From an uncultured Chloroflexia bacterium (lineage in GTDB: Bacteria > Chloroflexota > Limnocylindria > Limnocylindrales > CSP1-4): DNA of 64,000 nucleotides. The stretch covers positions 1,894 to 65,893 of the forward strand of contig CAVYGJ010000001.1 in NCBI GenBank assembly GCA_963768035.1. Direction: 5' to 3'. The notes below the pieces were generated by a model, which was given only the letters and a program-made list of their open reading frames with translations, was not told where the DNA came from and made no database searches. Position numbers and translations under genes: made by a program. Shown one piece after another: positions 50,466 to 60,004 of the stretch. Position 1 is the first letter of the stretch. Each line of letters starts with the position of its first letter.

Positions 50466-51563
50466 ATGGACGAGGACCAGACACAGCGCGTCGAGCTGCC
50501 GGGCGAGGCCACGCCCCCGGCCACCGACGCGCCTGTCCCGCCGCCCGGACCGCCCGTCGCGTCGTCCGAGCCGCGCTCGCATCGCTCGAACCGCCCCCGC
50601 CGCCACCGGCTGGCGTGCCGGCGTGGCCACCGGCCGCGGTCGCACCGCCGGGGCTCGACGTCGGCGGGCTCGTCGGGCGCACCTTCGACACCTTCGGGCG
50701 CGAGTGGTCGCTGTACCTCGCGCTCGCGCTGCCCGCGGGTCTCGGTGCCTTCGCGTCCACGGCGCTGTCTCCCTCGATCCAGGCCGTGGTCCGGGACCCT
50801 GGGTCGCCCACCGGCCTCGAGCAGATCCCGGGCCTGCTGGCGCAGCTGCTCCTGGCCTTCATCGGCGTCGTCGCCAGCCTCGCGATGATCGTCGTGACCG
50901 ACGGCTACTGGCGGGGGACGACGGTCGGGCTGGGAGAGGCGGTCGGTCGGGCCGCCGGCATGCTGCCGCGCGCCATCGGGCTGTTCCTCGTCGCCCTGGC
51001 GCTCGGGCTGGTCGTCGGGCTGTGCGTCGCCGTCGTCGCGATCGTCGCGTTCGCGGCCGGCCCCGCCGGGATCCTCCTGTGCGGCGCTCGCGTTCCTCGT
51101 GGCGTTCCCGTTCGCCATCTACCTGAGCGCCCGGCTCTCGCTCCTGCTGCCCGTCCTCGTCCTCGAGCCGACGCCGGTGCTCGCGGTCATCGGTCGGACG
51201 TGGCGGCTCACGCGGTCGCACGCGCTGGCGCTGTTCCTCACGGCCTTCGTCATCGGCCTCAGCGGCCTGGTGCCCGCGTGGGGGAGCGCGCTGTTCAGCC
51301 TGTTCGTCGACAACCGCGTGATGGCCGGGGTCGCGGTCGCGCTCGCGACGATGGTCGTCGCCCCGCTCGGCGCCATCTGGACGGTCCTCGCCTGGGGCCG
51401 CCTCACCGGCGCGCCGCACCGCGACTCGGAGGTCATGGCCGCCGGCAAGGGACGCCTCGTCGGGTTCGGGCTCGTGGCGGGCGTCGGGATGGTGCTCGTC
51501 GTGATCGGCGGCGGGCTCGCGGCCACGGGCTCGGAGGAGTTCCTCCGGCTCACGGGGAGCTAA
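50466..51563 (+). pseudogene. Pro-rich N-terminus followed by a polytopic membrane protein (resembles the membrane domain found on some glycerophosphodiester phosphodiesterases); 2 frame breaks
   Basis: AGGAGG precedes ATG 50466 ('MDEDQTQRVELPGEATPP'). Then the 50309 frame gives 'LVGRTFDTFGREWSLYLALALPAGLGAFA...'. Then 51099..51563 gives 'FPFAIYLSARLSLLLPVLVLE...'. Junctions are near 50580 and 51085. Confidence 0.45.
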
Positions 51564-51728
51564 CGACCGGGGCTTGTCACGGTGCGCCTGCCCCGAGGCG
51601 AGGGTTCTGTAACGCGCCGCCGCCTACCGTCTCGGGCATACCACGTCACCGCACCGGGCTCGACCGTGCCCGCCACGTCCCCGCGACCACGCGACTCGGC
51701 CGGGACCCTCCAGCTCGGAGGTCACCTG

Positions 51729-52358
51729 ATGACCCACTCCAGCCTCGCCCGCCTCGGCGCCACGGTCGCGCTCGCGGGTCTCACGCTCGCCGCCTGCAAC
51801 GGCACCGGCACCGCGTCACCGGCGGCCTCGGCCGTCCCGTCGACGGGCATCGAGAGCCCGTCCGCCTCCGCCTCCGCGGCGGCGTCGCCGGTCGAGAGCC
51901 CGTCAGCGTCGGCCTCCGCGGCTGCCGCGTCGCCGGCGGCCCGCACCGTCGAGGTGTACGCGATCGACGGCGGCTTCCAGAACCCGCCCATCGACCCGAC
52001 CCCGGGCACGGTCCTGACGTTCCGCAACCTGGGCACCGAGGCCCACGAGATGGTCGTCATCCGCCGCAACGACGACGCCACCGACAAGCAGACGTTCGAT
52101 GACCTCACCAAGGTGCAGCCCGCCGACCTCATGAAGTTCGTGACGGTCGTCGGCACGCTGGCGGCCGACCCGGGGCAGGTCGCCGAGGGCCAGGTCGAGA
52201 TCACGCAGGCAGGCGACTACGCGATCGTCGACCTGCTCGCGAAGGGCACGACTACCGCACCCGCCAGCCCGGATCCGATGGCGATCCCGACGGGTGTGCC
52301 GAACGTGGTGAACGGCATGTGGACCACGTTCACGGCCATCGAGCCCGAGGCCTCGTAA
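51729..52358 (+). CDS. lipoprotein with a cupredoxin-like fold pattern (tentative)
   Basis: GGAGGT precedes ATG 51729. Lipobox 'LAGLTLAACNG', an Ala/Ser-rich linker, then 'VEVYAIDGGFQNPPIDPTPGTVLTFRNLGTEAHEMVVI', which resembles the cupredoxin_1 pattern. Confidence 0.5.
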   Translation: MTHSSLARLGATVALAGLTLAACNGTGTASPAASAVPSTGIESPSASASAAASPVESPSASASAAAASPAARTVEVYAIDGGFQNPPIDPTPGTVLTFRNLGTEAHEMVVIRRNDDATDKQTFDDLTKVQPADLMKFVTVVGTLAADPGQVAEGQVEITQAGDYAIVDLLAKGTTTAPASPDPMAIPTGVPNVVNGMWTTFTAIEPEAS

Positions 52359-52427
52359 GGCTCGATTCCGTAGCCGTCGACGCCCGGTCCGGGTTCGCCC
52401 GGGCCGGGCGTTTCCGTGCGCCGCGGG

Positions 52428-54083
52428 TCAGGGCCGCCGGATGCGGATGTCGTCGATGGCGGCCTCGACGAGGCTGTCGTTCGCGCCGTCGGTCGCCTCC
52501 ACGACGAGGTGGATCGTCTGGCCCGCCCACGCCGCGAGTGAGCGGCTGGCGGACGACCAGGCGGCGTCGTCGTCGTTGGCAGCGCCGAGCTCCTCGAGCA
52601 CGACCGTCGGCGTGCCGTCCTCGGCCTCGACGATCACGCGCAGCGCGTCGTCCGCGGACGAGTTCGCCCCGTGGGCGAGGTAGTAGCGGAACGTGAGCGC
52701 GCCGAAGGCCGTGTCGCTCGCGGGCAGCACGATCGGCCGGCTGCGGATGGTCGTCGTCCCGCCGTCGACATCGTTCGCGCTGGCGCCCGACCCGGCGAGC
52801 GCCCCCGTCACGAGCGCCTTCGAGCCGGACGTCGTCGTGCCCAGCTGCTTGGGCCCGCTGGACGAGGTGGCCGCCGGATTCGAGATCGCCCACAAGCCGC
52901 TCGTCGCGGTGTCCGTGCCCGCGGCGTTCCGCTTCCAGCCCCGGTTGATCTCGAGGTCGTCGAACAGGGGACCGCAGTCGTTGCGCACGATCGTGGCGCC
53001 GAGCGCGGCGTACGGGCAGCCGGCCCTGCCGATGAGGTGCAGGATCGCGCCCTTGTTGCGCGCGGTCTGGGTCGGGATCTTGGAGTCGTCCGGGTAGTGG
53101 TCCTTCCAGACGGTCGACTGCTCGGACGGGTACAGCTCGTAGGTGAAGCTGAAGATCCGGTAGGTCGCGTACAGCCAGTCGATCTGGTCGCCGTCGGTGA
53201 TGTAGAGGTCCGACGACTGCTCGGCCGTGTAGCCGTTCTTCGCGGCCTGTGCCCGACCGAGGGCGACGAACGTGTCGTGGTCGAGGGTCGTCATGTCCGG
53301 CGGGACGTTGGTCTTCGTGTAGCCGTACGGCCACAGGATCAGCTCGCCGTTCGTATGGAGCGTGATGTGCGCCCGGATCTGCTGGACGCCATCGATGACG
53401 CGGCTCTTCACGAAGTCGCGGAAGACCTGGGTCTCGGGCGCCGAGAACGGCCCTGCGCCGCGGTAGGTGGACGCCGACTTGCTGCCCGACGAACCGCCGC
53501 AGCAGCCCCATCGATAGCCGTAGTTGCGGTTGAGGTCGGTGCCGATGGCGGTCGTCCCGGCGTTCGGCTGGCGGTTCTTGCGCCAGGCCCGGAACGGGCT
53601 GCCGGTGAGGTCGTAGCGCATGCCGTCGGGGTTGAGCGCGAAGATGATGAACACCTCGCGGGCGTTGACGAGGTTCGTGACCGTCGAGTCCGAGCCGTAG
53701 CCCGTCGTCAGCCAGCGCAGGATCGCGAGCGCCTGCTCGGTGGTGAGGTGCTCGCGCGCATGGTGGAGTGCGTCGATGAGGACCTCGGGTTCGCGCTCGT
53801 CCGTGGCGACGTGGTCGCTGACCTTGGCCGCCCAGATGTCCCGGCCGCCGTAGCTCTTGCCGATCGAGAACACCTGGACGATGTCCGGGTACTTCGTCGC
53901 GGCGGCCTTGATCTCGGTGACCATCTCGGGGAAGTTGTGGTAGCCGCTCATGCTCGACGGGAAGTTCGGCTCGGCGGCCGCGACGGCAGGAGGCGCGGCG
54001 AGCGGCGCCGCGACGGCGGCGGCCAGCGCGAGGCTGGTGGCAAGGAGGGGGAACCGGGAGGGGCGGCGCAGGGTCGGTCGCAT
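52428..54083 (-). CDS. secreted M14-family zinc carboxypeptidase with a C-terminal extra domain
   Basis: Signal 'MRPTLRRPSRFPLLATSLALAAAVAAPLAAPPAVAA'. Zn/catalytic motifs 'ALHHAREHLTTE', 'NPDG', 'WRKNR', 'DLNRNYGYRWG' and 'ITLHTNGE'. Intact from ATG 54083. Confidence 0.85.
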   Translation of the reverse strand: MRPTLRRPSRFPLLATSLALAAAVAAPLAAPPAVAAAEPNFPSSMSGYHNFPEMVTEIKAAATKYPDIVQVFSIGKSYGGRDIWAAKVSDHVATDEREPEVLIDALHHAREHLTTEQALAILRWLTTGYGSDSTVTNLVNAREVFIIFALNPDGMRYDLTGSPFRAWRKNRQPNAGTTAIGTDLNRNYGYRWGCCGGSSGSKSASTYRGAGPFSAPETQVFRDFVKSRVIDGVQQIRAHITLHTNGELILWPYGYTKTNVPPDMTTLDHDTFVALGRAQAAKNGYTAEQSSDLYITDGDQIDWLYATYRIFSFTYELYPSEQSTVWKDHYPDDSKIPTQTARNKGAILHLIGRAGCPYAALGATIVRNDCGPLFDDLEINRGWKRNAAGTDTATSGLWAISNPAATSSSGPKQLGTTTSGSKALVTGALAGSGASANDVDGGTTTIRSRPIVLPASDTAFGALTFRYYLAHGANSSADDALRVIVEAEDGTPTVVLEELGAANDDDAAWSSASRSLAAWAGQTIHLVVEATDGANDSLVEAAIDDIRIRRP

Positions 54084-54436
54084 GTGTGGAGGGTGCCAGA
54101 ACGCACCACCCCCGGGTAGGCCGCAATGGGACCAGCCACCGCTAGGACCAGGTTCGTTCGCGCGTTGCCCGGCCCCTCGGCCCGGCCCGACCCGCCGCGG
54201 TCTCACACACCATGACTTCGCCCGGCCGGCGCCGTCAGTTGGGCCGATCCCGCGGTCGCTATGGGCCTGACGGTCCGCACCCACTGGCGAGCTGAGTCCA
54301 GATTTGGTGACTCAGGGACCGCGATGTCGCCGATAAGCCGCCGGTAAGCGGGCGATCTGATGGTCTGTGACACACCACACGACCGCCGGTGGCCGCACTG
54401 TCGAAGGACCGCCACGACCGTCCGGAGGCAACTCGA

Positions 54437-55183
54437 ATGGGCGAGACGATCCTCGAATCGCTCGATCCGCGAGCGCGCGCGAGTCGCGCAGATCGATCGG
54501 CGAGGAGCTGCAAGCGCGTTCGCCTCGAGGCGGGCCTGTCGATCCGGGAGCTCGGCGCAGGCGATCGCGTCGATCCCGGCCACCTTCGCGGGCGAGCCTG
54601 GCACTCCGGCGACTCAGCAGGACGCACTCGTCGCCGTGGCTGCAGCGTCGGCCACGACGCGTCGGTCCGCTGCTTTCCGTCGAGCGGGCCGCGGGTCCGG
54701 GACCACCACCAGGTGCGGATGATCGAGGCTCTCCTCGGGATGCCCATCCGCGCTGGGAGCGCACGCCTCGAGGTGCCGGTCTATCGACCGGTGCACGGGG
54801 TCATCGACGTCGTGCTGGACGACGCGCGACGCCCGGCTGTGATCGTCCGGCGAGGCCCACAGCGCGCTGCTCGGCGGTCGATGCGCAGATCCGCTGGGCG
54901 CGCCAGAAGGCGGACGCGCTCCCGTCGGCCGACGGCTGGCCGTGGAGCGATCGGCCGCGATCCGGAGCGAAGCCGGCTCCTGCTGCTCCGTGACACGGCC
55001 GCCAATGCGCGACACTCGTGCGGATCCGCGGCAGACGTTCGCGTCGGCGTATCCGGCCTCGTACCGCCGAGGCCATCCAGGCGCTCGTCCGGGACGCGCT
55101 CCATGGCCGGGCGATCGGCGATCGTGTGGGTGCACATCGACGGCTCGCGCACAGCAGGCTCCTCCACAGCGCGCCGACGCTGA
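54437..55183 (+). pseudogene. XRE-family HTH regulator with a C-terminal nuclease-like/uncharacterised domain; at least 5 frame breaks
   Basis: Fragments in all three frames: 'MGETILESL', 'VRLEAGLSIRELG', 'SSGPRVRDHHQVRMIEALLG...LEVPVYRPVHGVIDVVLDD', 'DAQIRWARQKADALPSADGWPW', 'SRLLLLRDTAAN', 'QTFASAYPAS' and 'WPGRSAIVWVHIDG'. Confidence 0.4.
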
Positions 55184-55187
55184 GGTC

Positions 55188-55218
55188 TTGACAGCGGCAC
55201 GTTGTACTGTCATGATCT
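55188..55218 (+). promoter_or_regulatory. MerR-type promoter/operator
   Basis: A perfect -35 TTGACA (55188..55193). The dyad TGACAG-N12-CTGTCA (55189..55212) fills the spacer. The -10 candidates are CATGAT/TGATCT, which puts the transcription start at or next to ATG 55223 (a leaderless mRNA is possible). Confidence 0.45.
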
Positions 55219-55222
55219 GCGT

Positions 55223-55911
55223 ATGCCGGACGACCCGTACAGCCTGAACGACCTCGCACGCCTCGCCGACGTCACGCCGCGGACGATCCGCTACTACGTC
55301 GCGCAGGGACTGCTGCCCTCCCCGGAGGCGGCAGGGCCCGCGACGCGATATGGCGAGGGACACCTGGCGCGCCTTCGCCTCATCAAGCGGATGCAGCGCG
55401 AGCACCTGCCGCTCTCCGAGATCCGCGGCCGGATCGAGCGCCTGGGCGATGAGGACGTGCGCCTGCTGCTCGATGCCCAGGGCGAGCAAGGCGCGCCGCC
55501 GGCGCCCGCCGAGACCCTCGCGTTCGTGCGCGACCTGATGGTCCAGACGGGCGTCCAGCCCCGCGTCGCCGAGTCGATGGCCCTCTACAGCAGCGCGGAG
55601 ATGCGGTACGAGCCGCTGACCCCGGATGCGTTCCCGGCGCCGTCGATGCCCGCGCCGCCCGCGTCGGCGCCGTCGCCCGCGCCGTCGATCGCGATCCCCA
55701 TCCCGCCGGTGCCGCTCTCGTCGCCGGTCGCGTCGCCTCGAGCCCGGCCGCGGAGCCGCGTTCCTCCGTCGGCGACCGCTCCACCTGGGAGCGTCACGTG
55801 CTCGTCCCGGACGTCGAGCTCCACGTGCGACGCCCGCTCGATCGCCAGCTCAACAAGCGGCTGGAGCAGCTGATCCGCATCGCGAGGGAGCTGCTCGCCG
55901 ACGAGTCCTGA
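55223..55911 (+). pseudogene. MerR-family transcriptional regulator; one frame break in the Pro/Ala-rich linker
   Basis: N-terminal HTH 'YSLNDLARLADVTPRTIRYYVAQGLLPSP...YGEGHLARLRLIKRMQ'. The protein-like C-terminus 'DRSTWERHVLVPDVELHVRRPLDRQLNKRLEQLIRIARELLADES*' is in a different frame and ends at 55911. The junction is somewhere in 55700-55770. Confidence 0.65.
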
Positions 55912-56009
55912 ACCGCGCCGGTCGACCGGCGCACAACGACCCTGAGTCCAACCCACACCAGCCAGAGACCGCCCCATCCGGCCTCGAAACCCGCCACAGG
56001 AGGCCCAGC

Positions 56010-57328
56010 ATGACCACGCGACACCGAACCCTGACCGCCTCGTCGACCCCGCCCTGCGGGTCCGGCCGGACCGTCACCTCATCCGCGCCAACGGCCGCAG
56101 CGAGCGCTTCCTGCTCGTCGACGTCGTCGCACCCACCGTCGCCCCGGACCCGAACCGGCGCCGGCCGCCGGTCAACCTCGGCTTCGTCCTCGACCGCTCG
56201 GGGTCGATGGGCGGCCAGAACAAGCTCGGGCTCGCCAAGCAGGCGGTCGTCGAGGCGATCCATCGCCTGGAGGCCGAGGACCGCTTCAGCGTCGTGACCT
56301 ACGACGACGAGATCGACGTCGCGATCGGCACCGTCACCGCCTCGCCCGCCGAGCGAGCCCGTGCCGCCGACCGCCTCCGTCGCGTCGAGGCACGCAACTC
56401 CACGAACCTCCACGGCGGGTGGCTCACCGGCTGCGAGCAGGTGGCCGCGGGCCTCCAGGCCGACGGCGTCAACCGGGTCCTCCTGCTCACGGACGGCCTC
56501 GCCAACGTGGGCATCACGGACCACGACGAGCTCCAGCGGCTCGCCGGCGAGCTGCGCGACCGGGGGATCGCCACGAGCACCTTCGGCGTCGGGACCGACT
56601 TCGACGAGTCGCTCCTGCAGGGGATGGCCGACGCTGGCGGCGGGCACTTCTACTTCATCGGCGACGTGGCGCAGATGCGCGACCACATCACGAGCGAGGT
56701 GGGGGAGACCCTCGAGGTCGTCGCCCGGGAGGTCGTGCTGGAGCTGCGCGTCCCGGAGTCGATCCGGGTCGAGCCGCTCACCCCGTTCCGCGTGGAGCAG
56801 CGCGGCGGGTCGGCGAGGATCTTCCTGGGCGACATGGTCTCGGGCCAGGCGGTCTCGATCGTCCTGCGGGTCACGTTCGACTACGGGGAGGTCGGCCGCG
56901 AGGTCGGCGTCGACGTCCGGATCAGCGACCGTGACGGCGCGTTCGCCGCGGCCGTGCCCGCACTCGAGCCGGTGATCATCGGCTGGCGCTACGGCGACAC
57001 CACGGAGAACGACGCGCAGCCGCGCGATCGGGACGTGGACCGCGTCGTGGCCAGGCTGTTCGCCGAGCGGGCGAAGCAGGCCGCCGTGAAGCTCAACCGC
57101 GAGGGCCGCTACGACGAGGCGGAGCGGGCGATCGAGGGCGTGCGCCACCGCATCACCGCGTATGCCGGCAGCGATCCGGAGCTGCGGCAGCTCGCCGAGG
57201 AGCTTCGCATCGAACGGCCGCAGTACGCGGCAGCCATGCCCGAGATGATGCGCAAGCAGGTCCACTACGCGTCGAGCGTCAGCCTCCGGTCACGCTCGAG
57301 CGACGGCCGGGCCCAGAAGCGCCAGTAG
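56010..57328 (+). pseudogene. von Willebrand factor A (vWA) domain protein; frame break within the first about 5 codons
   Basis: AGGAGG lies 6 nt before ATG 56010 ('MTTRH'). The body, 'PNPDRLVDPALRVRPDRHLIRANGRSERFLLVDV...LGFVLDRSGSMGG' (MIDAS DxSxS), is in the 56207..57328 frame, which has no start codon of its own upstream. Confidence 0.75.
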
Positions 57329-57342
57329 GAACCCGGAACGAC

Positions 57343-57375
57343 ACGGCCCGCCGTCCACCTCGGACGGCGGGCCGT
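57343..57375 (+). terminator. strong stem-loop after the vWA gene
   Basis: ACGGCCCGCCGTCC-ACCTC-GGACGGCGGGCCGT, a perfect 14-bp stem. Confidence 0.65.
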
Positions 57376-57457
57376 CGCTTGATCTGCGACCGAGAGCCGC
57401 GCGGTATCATCGGTAATCGATTGTTTGGCAGGTGACCGACGACCAGGAGATCCCGCG

Positions 57458-58552
57458 ATGCGCATGACCGCCGTGGACAGCCCGCTGCTCCGGATGGTCG
57501 AGACCACGCCGACCGACTACTGGAACGACTCGTGCGCCACTGCGGAGCTCGAGTACGCGGTCGAGCGGGGCGCCACGGGCGCGACCTCGAACCCGGTCAT
57601 CGTCGGCGAGGTGATGAAGAAGGAGCGGGATCACTGGGCGCCGCGCGTCCGCGAGCTCGCCGACGAGCACCCCACGTGGTCCGAGATCGAGCTCACGTGG
57701 GCCCTGATCGAGGAGATGGGCGTGCGCGGCGCGGGCATCCTCGCTCCGGTCTTCGAGGCGCACGACGGGCGCAAGGGCCGCCTCTCGCTCCAGACGAACC
57801 CGGCCAACTACCGCGATCCGGAGCGGATGGTGGCGCAGGCGGTCCACTTCGCGACGCTCGCCCCGAACGTCCAGGTCAAGTTCCCGACGACCGCGGCCGG
57901 CCTCGTGGCGATCGAGGAGGCGACCGCCCAGGGTGTCGTGATCAACGCGACGGTCGCGTTCACGGTGAGCCAGGCGCTCGCGGTCGGGGAGGCCGTTGAC
58001 CGGGGGATCCGCCGGTTCGAGGCCGCGGGCGGCGACGCGAGCCGGTTCAGCCCGGTCTGCTCGCTGATGGTCGGACGGCTCGACGACTGGGTGAAGGTCC
58101 TCGTGGAGCGCGATGACATCGCCCTCGACCCCGGCGCCGCGAGCTGGGCAGGCATCGCGATGTTCAAGCGCGCCTACGGCCTGTACCAGGAGCGCGGCTA
58201 CCGGACGCGGCTGCTCGCCGCCGCGTACCGCCACCGGCTGCACTGGACGGAGCTCGTCGGCGGCGACGTCGTGATGACGATCCCGCACGCGTGGCAGGCG
58301 CGGTTCAACGCGAGCGGCATCGAACCCACGTCACGCATCGACATCCCGGTCGAGCAGGCGTACCTGGACGACCTCCTCGCGCGGGTCCCGGACTTCCGGC
58401 GCGCGTACGAGCCCGACGGCCTCGCGCCCCAGGAGTTCGACACGTTCGGCCCGACCGCGAGGACGCTCCGCTCGTTCATCGAGGGCTATCACTCACTGAT
58501 TGGTGACGTCCGCGACATCGTCCTGCCGAACCCGGACAAGAAACCCGCCTGA
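57458..58552 (+). CDS. tal: transaldolase-family protein
   Basis: 'DYWNDSCATAELEYAVERGATGATSNP', 'RLSLQTNP', the Schiff-base lysine context 'NVQVKFPTT', and 'INATVAFTVSQA'. ATG 57458 follows GGAGA. Confidence 0.8.
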   Translation: MRMTAVDSPLLRMVETTPTDYWNDSCATAELEYAVERGATGATSNPVIVGEVMKKERDHWAPRVRELADEHPTWSEIELTWALIEEMGVRGAGILAPVFEAHDGRKGRLSLQTNPANYRDPERMVAQAVHFATLAPNVQVKFPTTAAGLVAIEEATAQGVVINATVAFTVSQALAVGEAVDRGIRRFEAAGGDASRFSPVCSLMVGRLDDWVKVLVERDDIALDPGAASWAGIAMFKRAYGLYQERGYRTRLLAAAYRHRLHWTELVGGDVVMTIPHAWQARFNASGIEPTSRIDIPVEQAYLDDLLARVPDFRRAYEPDGLAPQEFDTFGPTARTLRSFIEGYHSLIGDVRDIVLPNPDKKPA

Positions 58553-58579
58553 CCAGAGCGAACGGGACCAGAAGGCGCC

Positions 58580-59569
58580 TCAGGCGAGGACGCGGTCGAG
58601 GAACTCCGTCCCCAGGCGACCGTCGTCGAACGCCGCGCGGTACGCCTCGATCGTCCGGCGCACGCCTTCCGCGACCGGGGTGAACGGCTGCGGTCCGAGC
58701 GCCGCCTCGATGGGCGCGCCGTCGAACGCGGCCGGGAACGGGAGGATCCGATCACCGTGGGTGATCCGCCCGCGCGACGCCGGCACGAGCTCCTCGATGA
58801 GCCGCACGATCTCGTCCACCGCGATCCGCGGGCCGCCGACGCTGAACACCTCGGCGCCCGGCCGATCGGACCGGGCCGCCGCGACGAACCCCGCCGCGAC
58901 GTCCTCGACGAACTGGAACTGGTAGCTGCCGCCGAAGTCCACGTGGTACGGGCGCCCGCCGGCCGCGGCGATCATCGCGAGCGTGGGCTTGGAGGTCACG
59001 CCCCGGTCACGCCCCGGGCCGTACGCGGAGTGCGGCCGCAGGCCGATGCTCGCGATGCCCCAGGCGTCGGCGTAGACCCGCGCCGCCTGCTCGTTGGCCA
59101 TCTTGAACACGCCGTAGTGGGACGTCGGCGCGAGCGGCGCGTCCGGGCCGACGACGTCGGTGGCATAGGTCGAAGCCGGCCCGTAGACCGCGGCGCTGCT
59201 CGCGTACACGAGCCGCCCGAGCTCCAGCCGTCGCACGAGCTCGAACATCGCGGCGGTCCCCTGGACGTTGACCCGGGCGCCGTTGATCGGGTCCGCCGCG
59301 CACAGCGGGAGCTGGAGCGCCGCGAGGTGGATCACCGACGTGACCCGCGCGCCCCGGGCGATGGTCTCGAGCGCGTCGACGTCCGTGACATCGCCCTTGA
59401 CGGTCTGGACGGCGGCCAGCTCGGCGGGGGAGAGGATGAGCTCGAGGCGGTCGATCCGGCCGCTCGAGGCGAGCACGGTGACGGGGACGCCCTCGCGCAC
59501 GAGCGCTCGCACCACCCACGAGCCGATGCAGCCGGTCCCGCCGGTGACCAGGAACCGCTCGTCCGCCAT
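58580..59569 (-). CDS. NAD-dependent epimerase/dehydratase (extended SDR)
   Basis: 'LVTGGTGCIGSWVV' and the catalytic 'YGVFKMANE'. 329 aa. Confidence 0.8.
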   Translation of the reverse strand: MADERFLVTGGTGCIGSWVVRALVREGVPVTVLASSGRIDRLELILSPAELAAVQTVKGDVTDVDALETIARGARVTSVIHLAALQLPLCAADPINGARVNVQGTAAMFELVRRLELGRLVYASSAAVYGPASTYATDVVGPDAPLAPTSHYGVFKMANEQAARVYADAWGIASIGLRPHSAYGPGRDRGVTSKPTLAMIAAAGGRPYHVDFGGSYQFQFVEDVAAGFVAAARSDRPGAEVFSVGGPRIAVDEIVRLIEELVPASRGRITHGDRILPFPAAFDGAPIEAALGPQPFTPVAEGVRRTIEAYRAAFDDGRLGTEFLDRVLA

Positions 59570-59605
59570 CGTCGGAGCCTCCTCGATGCTGGTGCGTGCG
59601 GCCGC

Positions 59606-59893
59606 TCAGGCGACCTTGGCGTACGCGACGATGACCATGCCGGCGTGGAGGGCGTTGAGCCCGGGCTGGAGCCCCTGGTGGACCTCGCTCACGCGCCACG
59701 CGACCGCGTTGTCGGGCTCCTCCCAGCGGAAGACCATCTGGTAGCGGGTGGGGCTGTCCGCCTCGCGCAGGAGCGAGCACTCGATGAGCCCGGGCATCTC
59801 CAGCACGGGCGGGCGGTACTGCTCGGTGAAGAAGCGCTCGAAGGCACCGGTCTGGTCCGGGAGGACGTCGAAGGTGATGTGCCGCTCGATCAT
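59606..59893 (-). CDS. ABM/Dabb-fold (antibiotic biosynthesis monooxygenase-like) small protein
   Basis: 95 aa, 'MIERHITFDVLPDQTGAFERFFTEQY...YQMVFRWEEPDNAVAW', matching the typical ferredoxin-like ABM pattern. Confidence 0.55.
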   Translation of the reverse strand: MIERHITFDVLPDQTGAFERFFTEQYRPPVLEMPGLIECSLLREADSPTRYQMVFRWEEPDNAVAWRVSEVHQGLQPGLNALHAGMVIVAYAKVA

Positions 59894-59916
59894 CGTGGGG
59901 AGGCCTCCGGGGCGAT

Positions 59917-59962
59917 CAATTGGTCTGACCAGTTGACGACTTTATACGTCCGGACCTAGCAT
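59917..59962 (+). promoter_or_regulatory. GntR/FadR-type operator overlapping a sigma70-like promoter
   Basis: A perfect palindrome TGGTC-T-GACCA (59921..59931) lies inside the imperfect 19-bp dyad CAATTGGTCTGACCAGTTG. TTGACG (59933..59938), an 18-nt spacer, then TAGCAT (59957..59962). Confidence 0.4.
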
Positions 59963-60004
59963 CTCGTCAACGGCCCAGGTGGCCGCGCAGGAGGCCAGAC
60001 GCGA

